A stretch of DNA of 64,000 nucleotides from an uncultured Acidobacteriota bacterium. GTDB lineage: Bacteria > Acidobacteriota > Thermoanaerobaculia > Gp7-AA8. The position numbers were made by a program, and so were the translations under genes. A model generated the notes under the pieces. It was given only the letters and a program-made list of their open reading frames with translations. It was not told the origin of the DNA and searched no databases. The stretch is from NCBI GenBank assembly GCA_963793695.1, contig CAWCBB010000025.1, forward strand, positions 6,357 to 70,356, given 5' to 3'. This document shows, piece by piece, positions 18,816 to 28,360 of this stretch (position 1 is its first letter; each line of letters opens with the position of its first letter).

Positions 18816-19661
18816 GTGCCAGACCGTCTTCATCTCGAGGAACTCGGCGATCGCGTAGAGCGAGGGCTCGCGATCGCCCTCGCGATGGTCTGCGCCGACG
18901 ATCCGCTTCACGTTCTCGGCGGCGGCTTCTTCCGCCGCTCGCCGGATCGCATCGTCCTCGACTCCGCCGAGGTCGATCGCGTTCACGTCCATGTGCGCGG
19001 CGAGCCAGGGAACGAGCTCTTTCTTGAGGCCCGAGATCAGGTTGATGACGCCGGCGGGAACGTCGGACGTCTCGAAGATCTCTCCCATCGTGATCGCGGC
19101 GAGCGGCCGCGATTCGGACGTGAGCGCGACGGCCGTGTTGCCTCCGACGATGGCCGGCGCGACGCGAGAGACGAGCCCCAGCAGGGCGGGGGTCTCCGGA
19201 GCGACGACGCCGACCACGCCCGTCGCCTCGGGGAACGTGAAGTTGTAGTAGGGACCAGAGACGGTGTTGACGCTGCCGAGGATGTGCGTGAACTTGTCGG
19301 CCCACCCCGCGTAGTAGACCCAGCGGTCGATCGAGCTCTCGATCTCCTTGCGAGCGTCGCCCTTCGACGCGCCGGCGCGCCGCAGCTCCTCTTCCAGCTC
19401 CGCCGCGCGCGACTCGAGCACCTCGGCGATCCGATACAGGATCTGGCCCCGGTTGTACGCGGTGCGCCCGCTCCATCCGGAGGCCGCCTTCCGCGCGGCG
19501 ACGACGGCGTTCCGGAGGTCCTTGCGCGATCCGCGGCATGCATTCGCGAGCAATGCGTCCCCCTCACCGGAATACACCGGATAGAACCTCCCCGACTCGG
19601 TGCGGGGAAACTCGCCGTTGATGTAGAGCTTGTACGTCTTGCGGATTGGTAATCGACTCAT
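18801..19661 (-). CDS. ALDH-family protein lacking the catalytic domain (286 aa, intact)
   Basis: It has the N-terminal ALDH NAD-binding region (GVVGVVAPETPALLGLVSRVAPAIVGGNTAVALTSE...VPAGVINLISG...) and the ALDH-type C-terminal tail (FLEMKTVW). There is no ELGGK/catalytic-Cys segment, and the only Cys is near the N-terminus. Confidence 0.75.
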   Translation of the reverse strand: MSRLPIRKTYKLYINGEFPRTESGRFYPVYSGEGDALLANACRGSRKDLRNAVVAARKAASGWSGRTAYNRGQILYRIAEVLESRAAELEEELRRAGASKGDARKEIESSIDRWVYYAGWADKFTHILGSVNTVSGPYYNFTFPEATGVVGVVAPETPALLGLVSRVAPAIVGGNTAVALTSESRPLAAITMGEIFETSDVPAGVINLISGLKKELVPWLAAHMDVNAIDLGGVEDDAIRRAAEEAAAENVKRIVGADHREGDREPSLYAIAEFLEMKTVWHPVGV

Positions 19662-19707
19662 CCGTTTCTCAATTCTGATCTCGTCTATCGGTAGAGGACC
19701 TCAGACA

Positions 19708-19784
19708 TCAGGCCCCAGGCCTCAGATCTCATGTCGCCGGTCCCGGTCTGAGGCCGGAGGCCGGAGGCCTGAGGCCTGAGGCCT
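19708..19784. repeat. Hairpin-forming 7-bp tandem repeat (GGCCTGA/GGCCGGA units) between the two ALDH genes
   Basis: cctcagacatcaggccccaggcctcagatc on the left is approximately the reverse complement of ggtctgaggccggaggccggaggcctgaggcctgaggcc on the right. Confidence 0.75.
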
Positions 19785-19785
19785 T

Positions 19786-21294
19786 CTACGATAACCGCAC
19801 GTATGCCTCGAGCCCCTGCATGCCGCCTTCGCGGCCGAAGCCCGATTCCTTGTAGCCGCCGAAGGGAGAGGTGGGGTCGAACTTGTTGTAGGTGTTCGCC
19901 CAGACGACGCCGGCGCGGAGCTTCTGCGCGATCTTGAAGATCTTGCGAGCCCTTGTCGGTCCAGACGCCGGCCGAGAGGCCGTACGGCGTGTTGTTCGCC
20001 TTCTCGATCGCTTCCTCGGGCGTGCGGAACGTCATGACCGAGAGCACCGGGCCGAAGATCTCTTCCTGCGCGATGCGGTGCGACTGCGCGACGCCGGTGA
20101 AGAACGTCGGCGGGAACCAGAAGCCGCGGGCCGGGAGCGCGCAGGCGGACTGGAACAGCTCCGCTCCCTCGTCGACCCCGCTGTCGACGAGCTCGCGGAT
20201 CTTCTCGAGCTGCGCCCGCGAGTTGATCGCGCCGACGTCCGTGTTCTTGTCGAGCGGATCGCCGAGGCGCAGCGTGCCGATGCGGTCGCGGAGCTTGCGG
20301 ATGACCGGCTCGGCGACCGACTCCTGCACGAGGAGCCGCGAGCCCGCGCAGCAGACGTGCCCCTGGTTGAAGTAGATGCCGTTGACGATGCCCTCGACCG
20401 CCTGGTCGAGCGGCGCGTCCTCGAAGACGATGTTCGCCGCCTTGCCGCCGAGCTCGAGCGTCAGCCGCTTTCCGGTTCCCGCGGTCGCGCGCTGGATGCG
20501 CTTGCCGACCTCGGTCGAACCGGTGAAGGCGATCTTGTTCACGCCGGGTGGTTGACGAGCGCCGCGCCGGTCGCGCCCGCGCCCGTGATGATGTTGACGA
20601 CGCCGGGCGGCAGGTCCGCCTCCTGGAAGATCTCCGCGAGCATCATCGCCGTCAGCGGCGTCGTCTCGGCGGGCTTGAGGACGACCGTGTTGCCGCAGGC
20701 GAGCGCCGGCGCGATCTTCCACGCGGCCATGAGCAGCGGGAAGTTCCACGGGATGATCTGCCCGCAGACGCCGACGGGGCTCACCTTCCGGCGCGGGAAG
20801 GCGTACTCGAGCTTGTCGGCCCAGCCCGCGTAGTAGAAGAAGTGGGCCGCGGCGAGCGGGATGTCGACGTCGCGCGACTCCTTGATCGGCTTGCCGCCGT
20901 CCATCGTCTCGAGTGACCGCGAGCTCGCGCGACTTCTCCTGCATCGATGCGCGCGATCCGGAAGATGTACTTGCCCGCTCGGAGGGCGAGAGCTTCGACC
21001 AGACCTTCTCGTAGGCGCGGCGCGCTTCCTTCACGGCCGCGTCCACGTCCGCGGCGTCCGCTTCCGCCACTTCCGCGAGCACCTCCTCGGTCGCGGGGTT
21101 GATCGTCGGGAAGTAATTCTTCGAGTGGGGCGCGACGAACTTGCCGCCGATGAAAAGCTCGTATCGGCTGCGATCCGGACGTGGTCGACGGCTTCGCGCG
21201 AGGGGGCGTACTCCCAGCCGGCCGCCATCGGCGACGCGGGTCCGGGCTTGAGGCGCTCGAGCGCTCCTGCGGGATCGTGGATGGTCTCAGTCAT
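19786..21294 (-). pseudogene. NAD(P)-dependent aldehyde dehydrogenase, several frame breaks in this sequence
   Basis: MTETIHDPAGALERLKPGP... / [27 protein letters not shown] / [54 protein letters not shown] / FTGSTEVGKRIQ...LTLELGGKAANIVF...NQGHVCCAGSRLLV...EEIFGPVLSVMTF. The fragments lie in three frames. I place the stop at 19786-19788. Confidence 0.85.
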
Positions 21295-21374
21295 GGTTTC
21301 GTCCGTCTAGAAGTGAAGTTCTGTCATGCTGAACGTTGAACGTCGGGATGACATGCGGCATCGACATTCCATTC

Positions 21375-22347
21375 TTATTGACCATCGACGAAGCAATCCA
21401 GCGTGAAGTAGTCCGCCGACTGGTACGCTCCGGTCGTTTCTTTCCGGAGCTGCATCAGGATGTCGTTGAGGAGCGAGCTCGCGCCGAAGCGGAACCGGTC
21501 GGGGGTCATCCAGCGCGGCCCGAGGGTCTCGTGGAGCGTGACGAGGTACGCGAGGGCGAGCTTCGCATTCGAGATCCCGCCGGCCGGCTTCATTCCGATC
21601 TCGATCCCCGTCCGATGGTGAAAGTCGCGGATCGCCTCGAGCATGACGAGCGTGACCGGAAGGGTCGCGCCGACGCTGATCTTGCCCGTCGACGTCTTGA
21701 TGAAGTCCGCCCCGGCGTACATCGCGATCATCGAGGCTTTCCGGACGTTGTCGTAGGAGCCGAGCTCGCCGGTCTCGAGAATGACTTTCAGATGCGCGGG
21801 CCCGCACGCTTCCTTCACGGCGCCGATCTCGTCGAAGACCCGCTGGTAGTCGCCCGCGAGCAACGCGCCGCGGTTGATCGACCATGTCGATCTCGTCGGC
21901 GCCCATCGCGACCGCGCGGCGCGTCTCGTCGAGCTTCACCTCGAGCGGGGTCTGTCCGCTCGGAAATCCGGTCGCGACCGCGGCGGTCTTCACGCCGCTT
22001 CCTTCCAGCGCGCGGCGGACGTGGGGCACCATGTTCGGATAGATGCAGACGGCGGCGACCGACGGAACGGAGCTGTCGGAGGGATCGGGACGGATCGCTT
22101 TCTGGCAGAGCGCGACCACCTTGCCCGGGGTGTCTTTCCCTTCGAGGGTCGTCAGGTCGATCATGCTGATGGCGAGCCGCAGCCCCGCGACCTTCGATTC
22201 CTTCTTGAGCGAGCGCTTCGCGAGCGAGGCGGCGCGCTCCTCGACGCCGACCTGGTCGACGGCGACGACGCTGCCCAGAGCATCGGCAAGGCTCCCGCGG
22301 GATGCGGCCTGAAGGTGCTGCGGCTTCGCCTGGATCATCTGGGACAT
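21375..22347 (-). CDS. deoC: Deoxyribose-phosphate aldolase (long form), one frame break near 21870
   Basis: ...ISMIDLTTLEGKDTPGKVVALCQKA...AAVCIYPNMV...TAAVATGFPSGQ...GADEIDMV / LAGDYQRVFDEIGAVKEACGPAHLKVILETGEL...GADFIKTSTGK... Start MSQMIQAKPQ at 22347. Confidence 0.85.
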
Positions 22348-22506
22348 GGCGGTAGGAGTCTGGGGTCTCGGAGTCCGGAGTCTAGGGATCGGGTCGGAGG
22401 CCGGCAATCCGCTTCGCGGTCACCCGGAGCGAAGCGACGAAGGGCGTCCTCGGGATGACCGGCGGGGGCGGCCGCAGGCCGCCCCTGGGTTCGCCGCGTC
22501 TTGCCG

Positions 22507-24444
22507 CTAATCGATGCGGGCCGGGGAGACCCTGCCCGTCGGGGCCGTCGGCGGCGGCAGCGCGACGACGCGCTGTCTGCCCGAGTTCGCCTGGACCGGC
22601 CGCCAGGAGGTCCCTTCGAGGACCCAGAGGTCGGAGAGGTAGTAGCCCGCATAGCCGCCGTAGAGGATGAACTGCTGGAGCGTCGGGTCCCACGCGAGGC
22701 GGGCGTTCTGGCGCGCGGTCGGAACGCGGCTGCCTTCGACCTTCGTCCACTTCGCGCCGTCGAACACCCAATGCTCGTTGATGAACTCGACCTTCTCGTT
22801 CGATCCGCCGAACATGTGGATGCGGTTGTCGGCCGGATTGAACGCGACCGCGGCGCCATAGCGCGCCGGCGGCGAGCTCGCGGTGGTCAGCTCGACCCAG
22901 TCCTTCCCGTTGAAGGTCCAGGTGTCGGCGAACCGGATGAGCAGGCCGTCGCGCTCCTTTCGGCCGATGCCGCCGGAGAGAACGACTTTCTTCTGCACCG
23001 GGTCGTAGAACATCGCCGTGAGCGCGCGGTAGAACGGCTTCTTGCCGTCGATCTTGGCCCAGCTCGCGCCGTCCCAGGTCCAGGTCTCGTTGATGTAGTC
23101 CCCGTTGTATCCGCCGAAGACGATCGTCTTCTTCAGCGTCGGATCGTACGCGATCGATGCCTGGATGCTCGTCAACGGGCGTTTGTCCGGACTGGAGAAC
23201 CGCTTCCATTGCGTGCCGGCGAACTCGTAGACCGACGCGTCCGAGCAGAGGAGGACCATCACCTTCCGGTCGCTATCCCACGTGCTCACCGGATAGGAGC
23301 AGGTCGCGGGAGCGTCGAGGGCGATGACCGGGGTCCACTGTCCCGAGGCGTACCTCCAGAGGTCGGCGCCACCGCGCACGCCTCCGAAGAGCCACACCGC
23401 CCCATTCTCCGGATCGCTCGTGAACCCGAACATCGAGCGCGCGCCCGGCGTCACGCCGGACCAGGCGCTCTTCCATTTCGAGTCGCGGTAGCGGTACGTG
23501 TAGTCGACCTCGTACCCCAGGTCGTAGTCGGTTCCCCCGAAGAGGATCGTCTCGCCGCGCGCTTCGTCGTACGCCATCGCGTGGCCGAAGACGAGGCCGG
23601 CGGAGCCGGTTCCCTCGACGGCTTTCCAGTTCGTGCCGTCCCACTCCCAGGTCGCGCCCGGGACGAGGCCGGTCAGGCAGGCCCCGCCGTACAGGAGGAC
23701 GTTGCCGCTGAACTCCTGCCAGACCGCGACGGCGCGGCTCAGGCAGAACGGCAGCGTCTCGGGCGTGAGCTGCTCCCATCCGGGATTCGTGTAGCGGTAC
23801 ATCACGCTGGTGCTGTCGGACTTCATCCCGACCAGCAGGGTCTCGTCGCGCGTGCCGTCGTAGACCATGACCGCGGAGTTCACGTCCGGACCGTCATCGC
23901 CCGTTTTCGTCCAGGTCGTCCCGTCGAACTCCCATGTGTCGCGCAGGTTCGCGTCCGCCGTCGCGCCGCCGAAGAGGATGACGCGGTTTCGGACGCGGTC
24001 GAACGCCGCTGCGGCGTACTTCCTCGCGCTCGGATGGTCGGGGACGTCCAGCTTCTGCCACTCGCTGCTGCGGAACTCCCAGGTGTCGTCCAGATGGACG
24101 GCTCCCGAGCCGATGCCGCCGAACAGGATCGCGCGCTGGGCAAACGAGTCCCAGACGAACGCGAAACCGCCGCGCGGGCTCGGACTCGCGGAAGGGAAGA
24201 GCTGGATCCAGCGGCGCCCGTTCCAGGCCCACGTCTCGTCGATGTAATCGCGGGCGAACTGCTCCTCGCCGCGGATGAACGCCGGGGTCGCGCCGCCGAA
24301 GACGATCGGGCGCTTGGCGACTTCGTCGAAGACCATCGCGGCGGTCGTCCGCGGGGACGGCTGCGCCAGAAGAGAGAGGGGAGCGAGGAGAAGGAAAGCC
24401 ATCGCGGCGAGGAAGCGCCGGAGAGAGAGCGAGTTCAAATTCAT
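22507..24444 (-). CDS. Secreted Kelch-repeat beta-propeller protein
   Basis: Signal peptide MNLNSLSLRRFLAAMAFLLLAPLSLLAQ. It has about 12 repeats of the pattern ...FGG...DTWEWDG..W.... The ORF is intact. Confidence 0.8.
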   Translation of the reverse strand: MNLNSLSLRRFLAAMAFLLLAPLSLLAQPSPRTTAAMVFDEVAKRPIVFGGATPAFIRGEEQFARDYIDETWAWNGRRWIQLFPSASPSPRGGFAFVWDSFAQRAILFGGIGSGAVHLDDTWEFRSSEWQKLDVPDHPSARKYAAAAFDRVRNRVILFGGATADANLRDTWEFDGTTWTKTGDDGPDVNSAVMVYDGTRDETLLVGMKSDSTSVMYRYTNPGWEQLTPETLPFCLSRAVAVWQEFSGNVLLYGGACLTGLVPGATWEWDGTNWKAVEGTGSAGLVFGHAMAYDEARGETILFGGTDYDLGYEVDYTYRYRDSKWKSAWSGVTPGARSMFGFTSDPENGAVWLFGGVRGGADLWRYASGQWTPVIALDAPATCSYPVSTWDSDRKVMVLLCSDASVYEFAGTQWKRFSSPDKRPLTSIQASIAYDPTLKKTIVFGGYNGDYINETWTWDGASWAKIDGKKPFYRALTAMFYDPVQKKVVLSGGIGRKERDGLLIRFADTWTFNGKDWVELTTASSPPARYGAAVAFNPADNRIHMFGGSNEKVEFINEHWVFDGAKWTKVEGSRVPTARQNARLAWDPTLQQFILYGGYAGYYLSDLWVLEGTSWRPVQANSGRQRVVALPPPTAPTGRVSPARID

Positions 24445-24587
24445 CGGCTGCGGGCCCTTTGGAGACACGATCTAAACTGCAGAAACGACTGCGATTGAGA
24501 CGTTCGAGGGTGGCCAACGGTCACGGGGGGGCCTAAATTCCGTAATTTGGCGCGCTCGGATCTCGCCGGGGTCACGAGCAGAAGAAG

Positions 24588-24684
24588 AATGCACCATGCA
24601 AAATGCAGCATTGAAAGTCCGGCAAAGGGCCACCCGCGAGCCACTTTTTGTATTGTTAATGTTGCATGGTGAATTTTGCATTGG
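24588..24684. promoter_or_regulatory. AT-rich TGCA-rich inverted-repeat region upstream of the Kelch gene (candidate operator, promoter or structured leader)
   Basis: caccatgcaa (24592-24601) is the exact reverse complement of ttgcatggtg (24662-24671). The left arm carries three TGCA motifs at a 7-nt period (tgcaccatgcaaaatgca). This is an AT-rich patch within the high-G+C region. Confidence 0.35.
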
Positions 24685-24721
24685 CCGCCGCAGGCGGCGT
24701 TGGTCCCGCGGCCGCGCCCGT

Positions 24722-25798
24722 CTACTCGTCCCGCACCAGCCGCCCCGCCCTCCCCGGATCCTGCCGTCTCTCCCTTCGCGCGACGAAGGCTTCCTCGAAG
24801 GTGACCTGAATGATCGCCGAGACGGGGATCGCGAGGATCGCTCCGATGATGCCCAGAAGCGATCCGCCGATGAGGAAGGCGACGAAGATCGCGAGCGGAG
24901 AGATGGACATCTTCTCCCCCATGATCCGCGGCACGAGCAGGTAGTTCTCGACCTGCTGGATCACGATGGCCCCGATCAGGACTCCCCAGAACTGCCAGGG
25001 CGAGAGGAAAAGGGCGATGATGACCGCCGGAATCGCGCTCAGGATCGGGCCGAGGACCGGGATCATCTCCCCGATTCCCGCGACGAGCGCCAGCGGGAGC
25101 GCGTAGGGGATCCGCAGCGCGAGCAGGAGAACGAACGTCGCGCTCCCCACGATCAGCGCCAGCAGGAGCTGCGCGGCCAGCCAGGAGCTCATCCGGCGGG
25201 AGAGGCGGAGGATCGTCTTCCGTCTCCTTCCCCGTTCGCGGGCGGGATAGAAGAGGAGGAAGAGGTTCCGCAGCCGTTCCGCGTCGACCATCATGTAAAC
25301 GATCAGGACGAGGACGATCACGATCGACGCGACCAGGCTCACCGCACCTTTGATGTAGGGAAACAGGTCGACGTCGGCCGGGCCCGTTGCGAGGAGCTTG
25401 CGGAGCTCGTCCACCGGCAGATAGGGCGCGAGGGGAAGGATGATGTTCTCCTCGACGAGGACTGGCAGCCGCACCGCCATGTCTCTCCCCTCGACGAGCA
25501 GGTGCGGGAGTCCGAAGATCGCGAAGAGGGCCGCGGCGACGAGAAAGGGGACGTAGACGAGCACCACCGCCGTGCCGCGGCGGATCCTCCGGTGGAGATA
25601 GTGGCGCGTCAGGACACGCACGCGGTGGACGGCCGGAGAGACGCCCGAGGCGAGGATGCCGGCGATCAGGATGAGGATGAGGATCCTCTGGATGTTCCAG
25701 AGAAACACGATGCCGATCGCGACGGCCGCGGCGATGAGGACCTTCCGCGTGAAGAGGTGAAGCTCGCTCTCGTCCTCTCTCACCCTGTCTCCCTTCAC
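24722..25798 (-). CDS. AI-2E family transporter (PerM-like permease)
   Basis: ...LRIPYALPLALVAGIGEMIPVLGPILSAIPAVIIALF...IQQVENYLLVPRIMGEKMSISPLAIFVAFLIGGSLLGIIGAILAIPV is the hallmark C-terminal motif set. The start is uncertain (GTG 25798 or 25783). Confidence 0.85.
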   Translation of the reverse strand: MKGDRVREDESELHLFTRKVLIAAAVAIGIVFLWNIQRILILILIAGILASGVSPAVHRVRVLTRHYLHRRIRRGTAVVLVYVPFLVAAALFAIFGLPHLLVEGRDMAVRLPVLVEENIILPLAPYLPVDELRKLLATGPADVDLFPYIKGAVSLVASIVIVLVLIVYMMVDAERLRNLFLLFYPARERGRRRKTILRLSRRMSSWLAAQLLLALIVGSATFVLLLALRIPYALPLALVAGIGEMIPVLGPILSAIPAVIIALFLSPWQFWGVLIGAIVIQQVENYLLVPRIMGEKMSISPLAIFVAFLIGGSLLGIIGAILAIPVSAIIQVTFEEAFVARRERRQDPGRAGRLVRDE

Positions 25799-26236
25799 GC
25801 CAGGTACTGAGCGATCGCCTGCCGGATCTGCCCCTCGCCGACGGCGCCGACGAGCCTCCCCTTCTCCCGGCCGCTCGACAGGAAGACGAGCGTGGGGATC
25901 CCCTGGACGGCGAACGACGCGGCGGTTCGTGGATTCTCGTCGACGTTGACCTTGGCGAAGGCGATGTCGGTGCGCGAGGCGGCGAGCGACTCGATGACGG
26001 GAGCGATGGTCCGGCAGGGGCCGCACCACGGCGCCCAGAAATCGACCACCATCGCGCGCTCCGCCTGCGCCCGCGTCGTGAACGTCGCGTCCGTGAGAAC
26101 GACCGGCGCGCCGGCGCCCGCCGCCGCGTTCAATTCAGTCTTGCATCTCCCACAACGAACACCCTTCCCGCCCGAATCCCGCGGGGATCCGATTCGCCTG
26201 CCCACACGAGGGGCAGCGGACGACCGTGCCTTCCAT
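25795..26236 (-). CDS. trxC: Thioredoxin 2-type thioredoxin with N-terminal zinc finger; one frame break near 26160
   Basis: My translation from ATG 26236 gives MEGTVVRCPSCGQANRIPAGFGREG. After a shift it continues VRCGRCKTEL...VVDFWAPWCGPCRTIAPVIE...FAKVNVDENP...GIPTLVF. It matches my recollection of E. coli Trx2 (C..C...NRIP...CGRC, WCGPC). Confidence 0.85.
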
Positions 26237-26488
26237 GGTGCGATCTCCTCAGGTCGGGTCCGGTTGCGAAGACCGCGCCCACCGCCCGCCCTCACGCGTC
26301 GACGCGGCACCCGGAGGCGTCAGGGGCGTAGCCGGGGCGTCACGCGCAGCGCGACCCCCGGAGAGGGGTGCCGAACGAATCCAGGCACCCCGGCAGGGGT
26401 GCCAGAGGAACCCGTGCGCCCCCGCCCAGACGCGGGCGAGACCCCGCCCCACGACTCCCGAGACGCCCCAGACGCTACACTCCCCGCG

Positions 26489-27441
26489 ATGCGGTTTCGC
26501 GACGCGACGATCGAAGACCTCGAGGCGATTCGGAAGCTCATCGCGGACGCGAACGACACGCCGTACGACCTGGCGCGCGTCGCCGAAGAGAAGTGCTTCG
26601 GGGAGGGGCCGCACGGGATGCCGGAGACGATCGTCGCCGACGCGGGCGGGAGGCTGGACGGCGTCATTACGTTCACCTCGCGCGGCGTGCGCGTGATCGC
26701 GGTGCGGCGCGAGCGACGATCGCGAAAGGATCGGCTCGAGTCTCATCCGGATGTTCGAAAAGCGCCTCGGCTCGAATGCGGGGAAGATCGTGATCTACGG
26801 CGAGGCGGGAAACTACTACCTCCCCGGAGTTCCGGAAGAGGATCTCGCGACCTGCGGATTCTTCGAGCAGCATGGGTATGTCGCGGAAGAAGAGCGAGCG
26901 GTGAATCTCGCCGTGGATCTCGCGAACAACCCGATGCTCCCCCACCCGGGGGCGGGCGGGACGCCCGCACCACACGCGGCTCACGACACGACGAGCTCAC
27001 GACAAAGCATCGAACGCGCCGGGGAAACTTCGCGCGACGAGCTGCTCGAGTTCATCGCCAACCAGTTCGGGCGCATCTGGAGCTGGGAGACCGCGCGCGC
27101 GTTCCGCAACGATCCGCCGACCGCGTTCCTCGCGCGGGACACCTCCGGGCACATCACCGGGTTCTCCGCGCACGAAGCCAATAACCGCGGCCTGGGGTTC
27201 TTCGGCCCGATGGGGACGGACGAAGCGACGCGCGGGCAGGGAACCGGGCGGACGCTTCTCCTCGCATCCCTCGCCGACCTCCGCGCCCGCGGCTTCCGTG
27301 AGGCCGTCATCTCCTGGGCGGCGAACGCCCCGTTCTACGAGCGCGCGTGCGGCGCGCGCCCCTCGCTCCGTATGGTACGGTTCTCGAAAGTCGTACGAGG
27401 AGGACGGCGGGGTCAGGGAAAGGCCGGACGAAACGGGATGA
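26489..27441 (+). pseudogene. Tandem-GNAT N-acetyltransferase; two or more frame breaks
   Basis: MRFRDATIEDLEAIRKLIADAN...GVRVIAV / RIGSSLIRMFEKRL... / second GNAT HITGFSAHEANNRGLGFFGPMGTDEATRGQGTGRTLLLASLADLRARGF. In a third frame a TGA at 27439-27441 overlaps the next ATG (ATGA), which I take as the real stop. Confidence 0.7.
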
Positions 27442-28250
27442 AGAGATCGGCGAAGGCGAAGCGCAGGAAGAGCACCGGTCCGGCCGAGGTCGAGGCCGGC
27501 GGCCGCTCGGTCCGCGCGAAGAAGCGGACGACCTTCCTTCCGCTCGCGATCGGCATCTCCGGCGGGATCGCCCTCGCCACCGCCGCATTCTGGTTCTTCA
27601 AGCATCAGGCGGAGGAAGTCGTCGAAGGGAACGCGGACCGCTACGACTCGGCCCTCCTCGAGCTTGCGAGTCAGGCCAAAGGGCCGCGCATGGACGTGGC
27701 GATGCGCGCGGCGACGGCGCTCGGATCGCATCCCGGAACCGGCATCGCCGCCGGCCTCGTCGCGATCATGATGATTCGCCGCAAGCGTCCGCACGACGCG
27801 TGGACCGTCGCAATCAGCACGGGCGGCGCGATGCTCCTCGGCACGGCGCTGAAGGCGATCTTCCAGCGCCAGCGGCCGCAGGAGCTCCACCGCCTGATCA
27901 AGCTCCCGAAGTCTCACAGCTTCCCGAGCGGCCACTCGCTCATGTCGGCCGCGACGTATCCGATCGTCGTGCACCACCTGGTCGAGCGCCTCCCGCGGCG
28001 CGTGCAGGCGGCGGCGATGGCCGCCACGGCCGTCGTCATCGTCTCGGTCGGCTATTCCCGCGTCTACTTCGCCGTCCACTTCCCTTCCGACGTTCTCGCG
28101 GGCTTCGCCGCTGGGCTCGGCTGGCTCGGCCTCACGTCCCTCTCCCACTCCCTCATGGACCGCGAGATCACCACGCGCGAACGGAAGCGCCTCCGCGCCG
28201 TCGCGCTCGAGCTGGATGCCGAGGACCGAGGGGAGCCGCGCGGGGTATGA
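27438..28250 (+). CDS. PAP2-family phosphatase (membrane)
   Basis: MKRSAKAKRRK..., TM helices, then KAIFQRQRP...SFPSGHS...SRVYFAVHFPSDV, the PAP2 signature (KxxxxxxRP / PSGH / SRxxxxxHxxxD). Confidence 0.85.
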   Translation: MKRSAKAKRRKSTGPAEVEAGGRSVRAKKRTTFLPLAIGISGGIALATAAFWFFKHQAEEVVEGNADRYDSALLELASQAKGPRMDVAMRAATALGSHPGTGIAAGLVAIMMIRRKRPHDAWTVAISTGGAMLLGTALKAIFQRQRPQELHRLIKLPKSHSFPSGHSLMSAATYPIVVHHLVERLPRRVQAAAMAATAVVIVSVGYSRVYFAVHFPSDVLAGFAAGLGWLGLTSLSHSLMDREITTRERKRLRAVALELDAEDRGEPRGV

Positions 28251-28360
28251 TCCGCCGCTCCGCCCCGCGTCGAAATGACCGCCGGCGATTTCCCGTTATC
28301 GTTCGAACGTAGGGACCGGCTGCGCCGGTCCGTATCCGTGTTTTCGGCAAAGGGATTTCC

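Noticed and set aside
26489-28250. Apparent GNAT-PAP2 fusion protein (track ORF 26751-28250 has no stop between the domains)
   Set aside because: In another frame a TGA at 27439-27441 overlaps the PAP2 ATG (ATGA), the usual coupled-gene junction. The fusion is most likely created by an indel near the GNAT 3' end.
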